From contig DATBPD010000023.1 of NCBI GenBank assembly GCA_036561525.1, forward strand, positions 58,930 to 122,929: a stretch of DNA of 64,000 nucleotides, written 5' to 3'. This stretch comes from Candidatus Dormiibacterota bacterium (GTDB taxonomy: Bacteria; Chloroflexota; Dormibacteria; Aeolococcales; Aeolococcaceae). A program made the translations under genes and the position numbers. Below the pieces are notes generated by a model, which saw only the letters and a program-made list of their open reading frames with translations, searched no databases and had not been told where the DNA came from. Shown in pieces: positions 37,767-47,221 of the stretch (positions are counted from its first letter, which is position 1; each line of letters begins with the position of its first letter).

Positions 37767-39794
37767 TCAGGGCCGCGACGGCGTCAGCTGCGCCGCGAGC
37801 TCAGGCGGATCGGTGACCGGCAGCTTGCACGCGAAGCTCTCGCAGACGTACGCGGCCGGTGCGCCGTCGACCAGAGGACGATCGGCCAGCAGCGCGATAC
37901 CGTCCGCTTCACCCCAGGCCAGGACCGCGTCTGGCATCCAGGTGCCGTGCACCGCGCGCACCAGTGCGTGCGTCCTGGCATCCTCGCGGTCGCCGCTGAT
38001 CGCGATCTCGCGTGACGGCGCCACGGCGCGGTCGCTGACACACGCCATCGAGCTCACCCCCAGGGGTGAGCGGGCGACCAGCGACGCCATCGAGCCGATG
38101 ATCTCCAGCGCTCGCGAGCGCAGCGGGGCGTCGCCCCTGAGCGCGGCGAGGCGGAGCAACGCGGACGCCAGCGCCGACTGCCCCGCGGGGACCGGGTTGT
38201 CGTCGATGGTACGCGGTCGCACCACCAGTGCCGGTGCGTCAGAGGCGGTGTCGTAGAGGACGCCGCCATCGCTGAATCGGAGCAGCGCGTCGTCGACAAG
38301 AAGGCCGGCGGACTCCAGGTAGGTTGCCTCGCCGATCGCCTCGTACAGCGTGATCAGGGCGTCGGCGAGGTAGGCGGAGTCCTCCAGGAAGCCGGTGATC
38401 TTGGCGCTGCCGTCCTTCCACGTCCGCAGGAGCACGCCATCAGGTCGCAGCGCGCTCAGCAGGAAGTCCGCGTTGCGTTGGGCTGCTTGGATGTACGCCG
38501 GTCGTTCGAGAGCAGCACCTGCCTCGGCGAGCGCAGCCAGCATCAGGGCATTCCATGAGGTCAGCACCTTGTCGTCGCGGGCCGGCGCCGCGCGCTGCCG
38601 CCGAGCGGCGAAGAGATGCTGCCTGATTCGGTCGAGGGTGCTCTGCAGGTCCGCCTCGGTGAGGCCGAGGCTGTGGGCCACCTCGTCGATCGGGTACGGC
38701 ATCGACAGCACCGTGCTGCCGTTCTCGACGTTGCCAGCTTCGGTCACCCCGAAGAGTCGTGCGGCGAGGGCGCCTTTCTCCGGGCCGAGGACCTCGCCCA
38801 GCTGCTGCGGCGTCCACACGAAGTACGACCCCTCGCCGCCTGGCGAGTCGGCGTCCTGTGATGAGGCGAAACCACCACCGGGGAGGGCCAGCTCGGCGAG
38901 CACATAGTCGAGGGTCTGCTCGACCACGCGTCGCCAGCGCATCTCGCCGGTCAACTGATAGGCGTGCAGATAGACCGGGACCAGCTGTGCGTTGTCGTAG
39001 AGCATCTTCTCGAAGTGCGGCACCGACCAGGTCGTGTCGACGGTGTAGCGGTGAAAGCCACCGCCGATCTGGTCGTTGATGCCCCCCCGCGACATCCGAT
39101 CGAGTGCCAGCGCGACGACCCCGAGCGAGTCGCGGTCGCCCGTGGCGCGATGGCGCCGCAGCAGGAGGTCGAGCGCAGCTGGATGAGGAAACTTGGGAGC
39201 GCCACCGAAGCCGCCGTTGTGCGGGTCAGCCTGTGAGAGCAGGAGAGCTGTCGCCGCTTCGAGGCTCGTCGTCGAAGGAGCCCCTGCCGCCAGCGCCGGC
39301 GGTTCGAGAACCTGGCGCAGCCGGTCGGCGGCAGCGCTCACCTCGTCGCGGCGGTCGCGGTACACCTCGGCGGCGGCATTGAGCACGTAGGCAAAGCCGC
39401 GCATACCCTGCCGGTCCTCTGGTGGGAAGTACGTGCCGCCGAAATACGGTTCACCGAGGGGCGTCAGGAACACCGTCATCGGCCACCCGCCATGGCCGCT
39501 GATGGCGAGGACCGCCTGCATGTAGATCGAGTCGACATCGGGGCGCTCCTCGCGGTCCACCTTGATGTTGACGAAGAGCTCATTCATCAAGGCGGCGATG
39601 CGCTCGTTCTCAAAGGATTCGTGGGCCATGACGTGGCACCAATGGCAGGCGCTGTAGCCGATGCTGAGGAGCACGGGGCGGTCGCGGTCGCGAGCTTGCG
39701 CGAACGCCTCGTCGCCCCACGGGTACCAGTCCACAGGGTTCTCGGCATGCTGGAGGAGGTACGGGCTGGTTTCGGCGGCGAGGCGGTTGCTCAC
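37767..39794 (-). CDS. thioredoxin-domain protein (YyaL/DUF255, N-acylglucosamine epimerase-like)
   Basis: The product has [20 protein letters not shown] at its N-terminus and a roughly 675-aa alpha/alpha-toroid body. Confidence 0.85.
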   Translation of the reverse strand: MSNRLAAETSPYLLQHAENPVDWYPWGDEAFAQARDRDRPVLLSIGYSACHWCHVMAHESFENERIAALMNELFVNIKVDREERPDVDSIYMQAVLAISGHGGWPMTVFLTPLGEPYFGGTYFPPEDRQGMRGFAYVLNAAAEVYRDRRDEVSAAADRLRQVLEPPALAAGAPSTTSLEAATALLLSQADPHNGGFGGAPKFPHPAALDLLLRRHRATGDRDSLGVVALALDRMSRGGINDQIGGGFHRYTVDTTWSVPHFEKMLYDNAQLVPVYLHAYQLTGEMRWRRVVEQTLDYVLAELALPGGGFASSQDADSPGGEGSYFVWTPQQLGEVLGPEKGALAARLFGVTEAGNVENGSTVLSMPYPIDEVAHSLGLTEADLQSTLDRIRQHLFAARRQRAAPARDDKVLTSWNALMLAALAEAGAALERPAYIQAAQRNADFLLSALRPDGVLLRTWKDGSAKITGFLEDSAYLADALITLYEAIGEATYLESAGLLVDDALLRFSDGGVLYDTASDAPALVVRPRTIDDNPVPAGQSALASALLRLAALRGDAPLRSRALEIIGSMASLVARSPLGVSSMACVSDRAVAPSREIAISGDREDARTHALVRAVHGTWMPDAVLAWGEADGIALLADRPLVDGAPAAYVCESFACKLPVTDPPELAAQLTPSRP

Positions 39795-39899
39795 CCGGCG
39801 ACGCTACCAGACGGCCTCCATCCGTCCGCGGTGAGTTGTCCCCAAACCGACGAACGCGTGTGACAGTTGCAACAAACCAACCCGAACCGGAGACCGACG

Positions 39900-40382
39900 A
39901 TGACCGAAACCACCGGCGCCAACCCAGGCGCGCACCGCGAGATCTTCCACCACGTCCCCCATCCGCGCATCGGTCAGCGTCAGCACGAGGGGCCGGCCAC
40001 GACGACCGCCGTCCAGGAGCGGCTCGGGTTCAATGGAAAGGTCGGCGTCCTCATCACCACCGTGGTGGGCACGATGTGGGCCGCATACATCTTCACCATC
40101 CTGGCGCTCATCAGCCTGCCCGGAGCCATCTCGAGCGGGAACACGGTGATCATCGTCGGCTGGATTGCGCAGACCTTCCTGCAGCTGGTTCTGTTGCCGA
40201 TCATCATCGTCGGTCAGAACGTGCAGTCCGCGGCCGCCGACAAGCGCTCGCAGCAGACCTACAGCGACGCCGAGGCGATCCTCGCCGAATGCCTGCAGCT
40301 CCAGGCCCACCTCCAGGCCCAGGACAAGGTGCTCGATGACCTGGTCACCCGCCTGGAGAAGGTCGCGCCACCCCGAGCGTGA
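39900..40382 (+). CDS. DUF1003-family membrane protein
   Basis: GGAG lies 8 nt upstream of the ATG. The product has two TM helices (GWIAQTFLQLVLLPIIIVGQN) and a C-terminal coiled coil. Confidence 0.65.
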   Translation: MTETTGANPGAHREIFHHVPHPRIGQRQHEGPATTTAVQERLGFNGKVGVLITTVVGTMWAAYIFTILALISLPGAISSGNTVIIVGWIAQTFLQLVLLPIIIVGQNVQSAAADKRSQQTYSDAEAILAECLQLQAHLQAQDKVLDDLVTRLEKVAPPRA

Positions 40383-40478
40383 GCTCGGGAGGCCCACGCC
40401 CCGGGATGGACGCTCGACGCTACGCCACCACCGATCCACCGGGACCGGCGACCGATGGCGGGTCCTTGATCGCGGCGA

Positions 40479-40928
40479 TCAGCCGGGCACAGCCACCTGC
40501 TGTCGACGCCGCGACTTGCCGCCGTCGCCGGCGCCTCCAGCGTCGCCGGGCTCGACGGCCACGGCCGCCTCCTCGTCGCCGCTCCTGGGCGCATGGTCGT
40601 CGGTCTGCGGCCGGTCGAGCAGCTTCATTGTCTCGGCGACGATCTCCGTGGTGTGCCGCCGCAGTCCGTCACTGCCGTCGTACTCTCGCGTGCGCAGCCG
40701 CCCCTCGATGTACACGCGCCGTCCCTCGACGCAGTAGCTGGCGCATATCTCCGCCAGCTTGCCGAAGGCGACCACGTGGTGGAACTCGGCGTGCTCCTGA
40801 CGGTTGCCCTCCGCGTCGCGCCACACCGAGTTGGTGGCGATGCGCATTCGGGTCAAGGTCGTGCTCGGCCCGGTTGTCGGCTCAGCGTCCCGGGTGAGAT
40901 TGCCTACAAGGATGACTCGGTTGATCAT
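40479..40928 (-). CDS. ssb: single-stranded DNA-binding protein
   Basis: The product has an OB-fold MINRVILVGNLTRDAEP and an acidic/Gly-rich tail. It is not in an rpsF-rpsR context. Confidence 0.85.
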   Translation of the reverse strand: MINRVILVGNLTRDAEPTTGPSTTLTRMRIATNSVWRDAEGNRQEHAEFHHVVAFGKLAEICASYCVEGRRVYIEGRLRTREYDGSDGLRRHTTEIVAETMKLLDRPQTDDHAPRSGDEEAAVAVEPGDAGGAGDGGKSRRRQQVAVPG

Positions 40929-40979
40929 TGCCAGGGTGCCTCCGTCTGGGTTGGTTGAGACTGGTCGTGTGGTCGGCTG

Positions 40980-41933
40980 TCAGGCGGGTTTGCGGGGCGC
41001 ATGCGACGCGTGGTGGGTCGGCAACAGCGCGCGTTTCGCGGATCGCTCGAGGGTGTGCAACATCGTGTGTGCCTTGCTCTCCAGGTGCGCGGACGTGTTC
41101 ATCGCGCCCGGTACCTTGAGCAGCAACCACAGCGTCGCCAGCGCGTACACGGTGCTGATCAACCCGCCGCTCGAGTCGAACTCGGTGGTGACCGCCACGC
41201 GCAGGATGATCAGCTGCACGGCCTGCATGAACACAGTCCCAAGGAACAGCCGCAGCCACGAGCGGGCGTGACTTCGCGTATCGGGAATGACGCTGAGCAG
41301 AGCCGCAAGCGGGGCGGTGACGATCAATACGTTGAGCAGCGCGGTGCGGATCACATATGCGAGGACCAGGATGGCCATGGCAGCGACGAGGGCTAACGCC
41401 ATCACACCCTGGAACAGGTCCTGGCCGGTGACCAGACCGGCGATGATCTGCGGCGACAGGCTCGCCGACCAGGGCAGGTTGTCGCCGTTCAACGGTCCCC
41501 CGAGAGACAGCGCCACGCTGCCCATCGCGTTGTTGAGGTCGACCGCCATCTGCATGAAAAGCAGCGAGCCATGCGCCAGCACGACCGCGAGGAGGATCCG
41601 CGGGATGATCACCTTGAGGTCGTATCGCGACCGCATGGTGTGCTCGAAGATGCTCCGCAACGACGTGAACAGGATCACCAGCGCGATCAGCACGTCGACG
41701 GCCACAGTGAGCCCGAGGTTGAGCTTGGCGAGATTGGGATTGCCGGTGATCGGTCGGTTGCCCGCGACAGTGGGGTCGACGGTGCGGAACAGGAAGCGGT
41801 CGAGCACACCCATCATGTCGACGCGCGCGACGGAGATGAAGTGGCCGAGCAGCCCGGTGATCGACTGAAGCAGGAACCCGATCGGGTCGGTCACGGCATG
41901 TCCGACGCCGGTGATGCCGTTGATGAGCCCCAC
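40980..41933 (-). CDS. VirB6/TrbL-like polytopic membrane protein (second copy)
   Basis: The product has 6 or more TM helices (VIIPRILLAVVLAHGSLLF, VMALALVAAMAILVLAYVI). A GTG start immediately follows the mini-pilin stop. Confidence 0.45.
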   Translation of the reverse strand: MGLINGITGVGHAVTDPIGFLLQSITGLLGHFISVARVDMMGVLDRFLFRTVDPTVAGNRPITGNPNLAKLNLGLTVAVDVLIALVILFTSLRSIFEHTMRSRYDLKVIIPRILLAVVLAHGSLLFMQMAVDLNNAMGSVALSLGGPLNGDNLPWSASLSPQIIAGLVTGQDLFQGVMALALVAAMAILVLAYVIRTALLNVLIVTAPLAALLSVIPDTRSHARSWLRLFLGTVFMQAVQLIILRVAVTTEFDSSGGLISTVYALATLWLLLKVPGAMNTSAHLESKAHTMLHTLERSAKRALLPTHHASHAPRKPA

Positions 41934-41934
41934 G

Positions 41935-42174
41935 TCAGTGCACGCCGCCGGGGATGCTGGAGATGATCGCGTGGGTGAGTGTCCCGGCCACCTCGACGCC
42001 GATGGTGCCGAAGACGATGCGCCCGATCCAGCGCTTTGCCTCCATGACGCTGCGCGGGTCGACCGCGACGATCTTGTACATGAACGCAACCAGGAAGGCC
42101 AGGGCGCCGATTGAGCCGATCAGACCCTGCGCGAGCAGGATCCAGTTGTCGACGAGACCCTTCAGCTCCGACAT
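41935..42174 (-). CDS. VirB2/TrbC-like mini-pilin (79 aa, two TM helices)
   Basis: GGAGG lies 6 nt upstream of the ATG. The product is MSELKGLVDNWILLAQGLIGSIGALAFLVAFMYKIV... Confidence 0.4.
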   Translation of the reverse strand: MSELKGLVDNWILLAQGLIGSIGALAFLVAFMYKIVAVDPRSVMEAKRWIGRIVFGTIGVEVAGTLTHAIISSIPGGVH

Positions 42175-42245
42175 GGGCGACCTCCGACACGCGATGGCGG
42201 TCGCCCCTCCGGCCGGCCGGTCCAGCGACCGGCTCGCTCCGCAGT

Positions 42246-42276
42246 CTACCTACACAGGATTGTGTATGTCAAGGCG
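42246..42276 (-). promoter_or_regulatory. conserved dyad-containing motif, copy 1 (minus-strand GCCTTGACATACACAATCCTGTGTAGGT), 88 nt upstream of the mini-pilin ATG
   Basis: Contains a TTGACA -35-like hexamer and an inverted repeat TACACA/TGTGTA. Its core TGACATACACAA(A)TC is identical to the copy at 45324-45354. Confidence 0.4.
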
Positions 42277-42811
42277 GGATGCGAGAGCAAAGGCCGATCG
42301 CAAAGGTTTCCACGGATCCACCGCCGATGGCAAGTGCCAGATCGTCCGTCGTCAGCCCGCCGGCCGCCTTGCGCCTGAAGTCGGGGAGATAGTCGCGCGT
42401 CAACCAAAAGCTGTCCACGAACCGAATGTCCCATTGGAACAGCACCACTCGCGAGCGGGCGACGCGGCGCATCTCCCGAAGTCCGGCGAGACGGTCCGTC
42501 CAGTGGTGGTCCGACAGCACTGCCATGGATGCGTCGAATGCCCCGTCAGCGAATGGCAGCTTCTCGGCTCTGGCCTGCAACACCGGCGCGGAGCCCGGTC
42601 GACGCTGCGCGATCATCACCGACGATGGTTCGACCGCTGTGACGTCACGATCGGCAGGCTCATACGACCCCGTGCCAGCGCCGACATTGATCACCGTGCG
42701 AGCGTTACCCAGTTCTCGGTGAATCGCTACAGCCAGCCGCGGGTCTTCGCTGCGACCGATGCCATATCCCTTTCCGATCCGGTCGTACAGGGCGCGGTCA
42801 TGCTCGGTCAC
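42269..42811 (-). CDS. class I SAM-dependent methyltransferase
   Basis: The product has the SAM motif VINVGAGTGS and a downstream LPFADGAFD. Confidence 0.75.
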   Translation of the reverse strand: MTEHDRALYDRIGKGYGIGRSEDPRLAVAIHRELGNARTVINVGAGTGSYEPADRDVTAVEPSSVMIAQRRPGSAPVLQARAEKLPFADGAFDASMAVLSDHHWTDRLAGLREMRRVARSRVVLFQWDIRFVDSFWLTRDYLPDFRRKAAGGLTTDDLALAIGGGSVETFAIGLCSRIPP

Positions 42812-42832
42812 CGATGCTCCGCTGACCCTTGC

Positions 42833-43474
42833 CTACGCGCCGAACATGGCACGACACCCATCCAGTCCGAGCAGCTCGATGTCACCACGCCGTCCAGCTC
42901 TCCAGCCGTCCCGGGTGAGGCGGAGGGAGATATGACGGTCAGCCACGTCCCGTCGCAGCCGGAGGTCAGAGCCGTTGTCCTCGTACCCCAGCTTGCGAGA
43001 CACGGCCAACGAAGGCCGATTGTCGTGCCAGGCGCCGCTGTGGGCTTCGGCAGCTCCCAGCCCCGCAAAGGCCAGGTGGAGCACGGCCGCGCGCATCTCT
43101 TGGCCGATGCCCAGCCCCTGGAACGCACGTCCCAGCCAGGAACCGGTCCCGACCGAGCGCAGCGTGGCGACGTCCCGTGCTGCGAGGTCCTGGACGCCGA
43201 CGGGGATCCCATCCACAAGGACAGCGCCCGCGAAGGTCCAGTCCTTCGGACTCCACGCTGCGCGTTGATGCCACCACCACTGGAGCGCTGAGCGCTCGAG
43301 ATCGGGCGACGAGGCGTCGGTCCAGGGAATGGCGAACGGCATGTCTTCGGGGTCGTGAATCCCGGCGGAGGCGAGCCGGACAAGCTCGACCAGGATGTCG
43401 TCGCTGGGAAGACGGATCTCCAGCCGCGGAGTCCGAATGACCAGGTCGAACAGCGGCCAGTACGGATTGGGCAC
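42833..43474 (-). CDS. GNAT-family N-acetyltransferase (RimL-like)
   Basis: The product has an acetyl-CoA-binding segment RAFQGLGIGQEMRAAVLHLAF. Confidence 0.75.
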   Translation of the reverse strand: MPNPYWPLFDLVIRTPRLEIRLPSDDILVELVRLASAGIHDPEDMPFAIPWTDASSPDLERSALQWWWHQRAAWSPKDWTFAGAVLVDGIPVGVQDLAARDVATLRSVGTGSWLGRAFQGLGIGQEMRAAVLHLAFAGLGAAEAHSGAWHDNRPSLAVSRKLGYEDNGSDLRLRRDVADRHISLRLTRDGWRAGRRGDIELLGLDGCRAMFGA

Positions 43475-43589
43475 CCGCGAATTATCGGCTGCGGAGGTTG
43501 CGCGCGAGCCCGGTCCCGCTGGGGGGTGTCAGGCCACCCCGGCCCACGCGGGACCGGGATGGCCTGATCGGCGTTAGGTTTGCCTGCCC

Positions 43590-45209
43590 CTACTTGAACG
43601 TGGCGACCGACGCCACCCATACATGGCCGACGGTCGCGCCGAAGTGGAACGTGCCCGTCGCGCTCGTGATTTGGTAACCGCCCACCTCGTTGAGGCCGCT
43701 GTTGGTCGCGTTGGCGGTGGTGGGGGTGATCGTCCAGCCCGCCGTCGGACTGGTCGGGCTACCAGAGGTCGCCCAGCCAATGCCGCCGATGGCGATCTCG
43801 TTCGCCTGCGACGTCGTCGCCGTCGGGCCGCTATCAGCCGGCACTGTCCCCAGACCGGTTGCAGTCGCGGTCTGATCCACAAGAGTGGTTGCGCCGCTGA
43901 ACTCATAGAAACGGACGATGATGCCGCTGCTGGCCCCGTCGGTTGCGGTGACGGAGGTCACTCCAGCGGCTGCGTTGGAGGAGTACCAGATCTCTCCCGA
44001 CATCATCACGCTGGCGGGGTCTTGCGCGATCGCCTTGTGCCAGGTGTTGCCCTGGTTGTCGGTGATGGCGGTGACCGCCGTCGAGGGAGTCGCGGTGGTC
44101 CTCATGATGACATCGGCCACAAGCAGGTTGTGGGCCCCTGTCGCAGCAATACCGCTGAGTGTGAAGGTGGTTCCGGCGACGGTGTTGCCGCCCGCGACAG
44201 TTTGTTGGAATGCAAGCGGCGGCGCCCCTGTCGCTGAGGCCAGCGACACCCAGGTGCTGTCGTTGTTCACGGCGACCAGGTCCGCCCGGCCGTCGTTGCT
44301 GACGTCGCCGAGCAGAGTCGCCTTGGAGCCGAAGAATGGAGTCGACGACCACACCTCCGGAGCTCCGAATGCCGTACCGGAGGACGGCATCACCCGTGTG
44401 CCGCCGCTGTCGACCGCGACCAGGTCCGCGCTGCCGTCGCTGTTGACGTCACCCAGCAGGGTCGCCTTGCTGCCGAAGAACGGGGTGGACGACCACTTCG
44501 CGGGGGCCCCGAACGACGTCCCGCTGGAGGCCATCACCCAGGTGCTGTCGCCGTTCACCGCGACAAGATCGGCCCGGGCGTCGCCGGTGACATCGCCGAT
44601 CCTGGTCGCCTTGCTGCCGTAGAAGGGGCTCGACGACCACTTCGCTGGGGCTCCGAAACCGGACGACCCGTTGGACAGCTCCACCCAGGTGCTGTCCTTG
44701 TTCACCGCGACCAGGTCCGCGCTGCCGTCGTGGTTGATGTCGCCCACCAGGGTCAGCTCGCCGCCGAAGAAGAGGCCCGACGACCACCTCGTGGGAGCGC
44801 CGAAGGACGAGCCGGAGGACAGCATCACCCAGGTGCTGTCCTTGTTGACCGCGACCAGGTCTGCCCGGCCGTCGCCGTTGACATCGGCAAGAAGTGTCGC
44901 CTCGCCACCGTAGAACGGAACCGACGACCACTTCGTCGGAGCAGCGAAGGACGTCCCGTTGGACGCCATCACCCATGTGCTGTCGCTGTTCACCGCGACA
45001 ACGTCTGCCGCGCCGCTGGCGGCGGTGACCCGGCCCACCAGGGTCGCATGGGTGCCGAAGAAGGGGCTCGCAGACCACTTCGTCGGAGCTCCGAAGGAAC
45101 CGCTGGCCGCCGTGTTGGGATGGTTCGCCGCAATGGAACCCCGGGCCGGCAGAGTCAGGCCAACAAGGATCGCGAACGCCGCTGCGGTGAGGATGGTCTT
45201 CTGGCGCAC
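43590..45209 (-). CDS. secreted FG-GAP/VCBS-like repeat protein with unknown C-terminal domain
   Basis: GTG start at 45209 has GGAGGA 5 nt upstream. The product has a signal peptide RQKTILTAAAFAILVGLTLPA and seven repeats of roughly 43 aa with consensus ADLVAVNxDSTWVMxSxGxSFGAPxKWSSxPFYGSKATLLGDVNGDG. Confidence 0.7.
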   Translation of the reverse strand: MRQKTILTAAAFAILVGLTLPARGSIAANHPNTAASGSFGAPTKWSASPFFGTHATLVGRVTAASGAADVVAVNSDSTWVMASNGTSFAAPTKWSSVPFYGGEATLLADVNGDGRADLVAVNKDSTWVMLSSGSSFGAPTRWSSGLFFGGELTLVGDINHDGSADLVAVNKDSTWVELSNGSSGFGAPAKWSSSPFYGSKATRIGDVTGDARADLVAVNGDSTWVMASSGTSFGAPAKWSSTPFFGSKATLLGDVNSDGSADLVAVDSGGTRVMPSSGTAFGAPEVWSSTPFFGSKATLLGDVSNDGRADLVAVNNDSTWVSLASATGAPPLAFQQTVAGGNTVAGTTFTLSGIAATGAHNLLVADVIMRTTATPSTAVTAITDNQGNTWHKAIAQDPASVMMSGEIWYSSNAAAGVTSVTATDGASSGIIVRFYEFSGATTLVDQTATATGLGTVPADSGPTATTSQANEIAIGGIGWATSGSPTSPTAGWTITPTTANATNSGLNEVGGYQITSATGTFHFGATVGHVWVASVATFK

Positions 45210-45323
45210 GCTGCTCCTCCACGTGTCATCGGCTTGATCGTGCTCGCCGAATAGCAAGCACACGAGGTCCGGCGACGCTACCAGACTTGCCATGCCTGCG
45301 TCAGCATTTCGTGTCTGCAGATG

Positions 45324-45354
45324 AAGACGACACTGATTTGTGTATGTCAGGGCG
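45324..45354 (-). promoter_or_regulatory. conserved dyad-containing motif, copy 2 (minus-strand GCCCTGACATACACAAATCAGTGTCGTC), about 133 nt upstream of the FG-GAP gene
   Basis: Matches copy 1 at 15 of the 16 central plus-strand nt (TTGTGTATGTCARGGC). It has an ACAC...GTGT inverted repeat. Confidence 0.4.
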
Positions 45355-45589
45355 CTATCACTGTTCGCCACCGTGCCCAATGGTGCAATTCGTGCTCGCA
45401 ATCGTCAGCGCCGCAATCAGCCGGTCGCGGCCGGCTCAGCTCCGGGCGCCGTGGACGGCCGGTGGACGGATCGGCTGCTCGCTCTCCTCGACGAGCCTCG
45501 ATCACCCCGTCGACATTGTCCTGGCGCCCGTTGTGGTCATATCGCTGCGCGTGTTCGGCAACGGTGGCCGCCGATTGCATACTCGCGCG

Positions 45590-47215
45590 GTGGGTTTCAT
45601 CGATGTTGCCAACCTCAGGTACGTGCTCGGCGCCGGGCGCGTCCTCTTCGAAGATGTCTCCTTCCGCGTGGCGGACGGGTCGAACACCGCGCTGATCGGC
45701 GCCAACGGAACTGGCAAGACGACGCTGTTGCGGATCGTCGCCGGCGACCTGGCGCCGACGGGCGGCGCCATCTCCAGTCGTGGGGGCGTTGGGGTCATGC
45801 GTCAGTTCATCGGTTCGATCCGCGATCGCAGCACCGTCAGAGATCTCCTCGTCGCGGTAGCGCCGTCGGCGATGCGCCTCGCCAGGCGCGCCCTCGACGA
45901 GGCGGAACGCGGCCTGTCGGAGAGTGGCAGTAACGAGGCGGCCATCGCGCACGGGCAGGCGATCGCGGATTGGAGCGAGGTCGGCGGCTTCGATGCCGAA
46001 TTGGTGTGGAACCTCTGCACACAGGCAGCCCTGCACGAGTCGTACGACGATTCATGCGACCGTCTGGTGGCGGAGCTCAGTGGTGGCGAGCAGAAGCGAC
46101 TGGCGCTCGAGGCCCTGTTGCGGGGTCGACAGGAGGTGCTGCTGCTCGACGAGCCGGACAATTACCTTGACGTCCCGGGCAAGCAGTGGCTCGAGGAGGC
46201 GTTGCGGCTCACCCGCAAGACGGTGCTGTTCGTCACCCACGACCGTGAACTGCTCGCGCGCACGGCGGACCGCGCGATCACCCTGGAGGGCGGCACCGCG
46301 TGGACGCACGGCGGCAGCTTCGGCGCGTATGCGGACGCGCGGCGAGCCAGGCACGAGCGCCAGGCGGAGGTGCGCCGCCGCTGGGACGAGGAGCGCGAGC
46401 GGCTGACTACCTACGTGCGAACCCTCCAGCAGCAGGCGGCGCGCAGTGCCGACATGGCCTCGCGCTACCGAGCTGCCCAAACCCGGCTGGCTCGGTACGA
46501 GGCGGAGGGTGCGCCGCCCGATCGGCCGCGGGAGCAGAACGTGCGCATCAAGCTGATCGGGTCGCAAACCGGGGTCCGCGTCCTGATGTGCGACCGACTG
46601 GAGCTCACGGACGTGATGCAGCCCTTTGACCTGGAGCTGTTCTTCGGCGAACGGATCGCCGTTCTGGGAGCTAATGGCACGGGGAAGTCACACTTCCTGC
46701 GCCTTCTCGGCGGCGACGACATCGCATTCGGCGGACGATGGCGACTGGGGGCGCGGGTCGTGCCCGGCAGCTTCTCGCAGCTTCATCAGCGCGCCGACCT
46801 CGAAGGTCGCGTGCTCGTGGACGTGCTCCATGACCACCGGCTCGACCGCGGACAGGCAATCGGTGCCCTGCGTCGCTATGAGCTGGGCGCGCAGGCGGAC
46901 CAGTCCTTCGCAACGCTGTCCGGAGGTCAGCAGGCGCGGCTCCAGATCCTGCTGCTGGAACTCGGCGGCGCCACCCTCCTTCTGCTCGATGAGCCCACTG
47001 ACAACCTTGACATCGACAGCGCGCAGGCACTCGAAGACGGCCTTGCTGGTTTCGAGGGGACGGTGATCGCCGTCACTCACGACCGCTGGTTCGCGCGATC
47101 CTTCGACAGGTTCCTGGTGTTCGGGTCAGACGGAGTCGTGCGGGAGTCGGGCGAACCCGTCTGGGAGCCTGCCCGCCGTGCACAACCGGCGCATCAGGAT
47201 GCGGGTCGACACTGA
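45590..47215 (+). CDS. ABC-F family ATPase (tandem ABC domains, no TMD; translation factor or ARE-type)
   Basis: The product has two Walker A motifs (GANGTGKTTLL and GANGTGKSHFL), two LSGG signatures, and an interdomain linker of about 70 aa. The start is GTG 45590 or TTG 45575. Confidence 0.8.
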   Translation: MGFIDVANLRYVLGAGRVLFEDVSFRVADGSNTALIGANGTGKTTLLRIVAGDLAPTGGAISSRGGVGVMRQFIGSIRDRSTVRDLLVAVAPSAMRLARRALDEAERGLSESGSNEAAIAHGQAIADWSEVGGFDAELVWNLCTQAALHESYDDSCDRLVAELSGGEQKRLALEALLRGRQEVLLLDEPDNYLDVPGKQWLEEALRLTRKTVLFVTHDRELLARTADRAITLEGGTAWTHGGSFGAYADARRARHERQAEVRRRWDEERERLTTYVRTLQQQAARSADMASRYRAAQTRLARYEAEGAPPDRPREQNVRIKLIGSQTGVRVLMCDRLELTDVMQPFDLELFFGERIAVLGANGTGKSHFLRLLGGDDIAFGGRWRLGARVVPGSFSQLHQRADLEGRVLVDVLHDHRLDRGQAIGALRRYELGAQADQSFATLSGGQQARLQILLLELGGATLLLLDEPTDNLDIDSAQALEDGLAGFEGTVIAVTHDRWFARSFDRFLVFGSDGVVRESGEPVWEPARRAQPAHQDAGRH

Positions 47216-47221
47216 GGAGCA

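Noticed and set aside
45321-45695. ORF MKTTLICVCQGAITV... in the ABC-F leader as a regulatory leader peptide.
   Set aside because: It runs 124 codons into the ABC-F coding region in another frame with no RBS. It is more likely a frame artifact. A genuinely short uORF could not be identified by eye.
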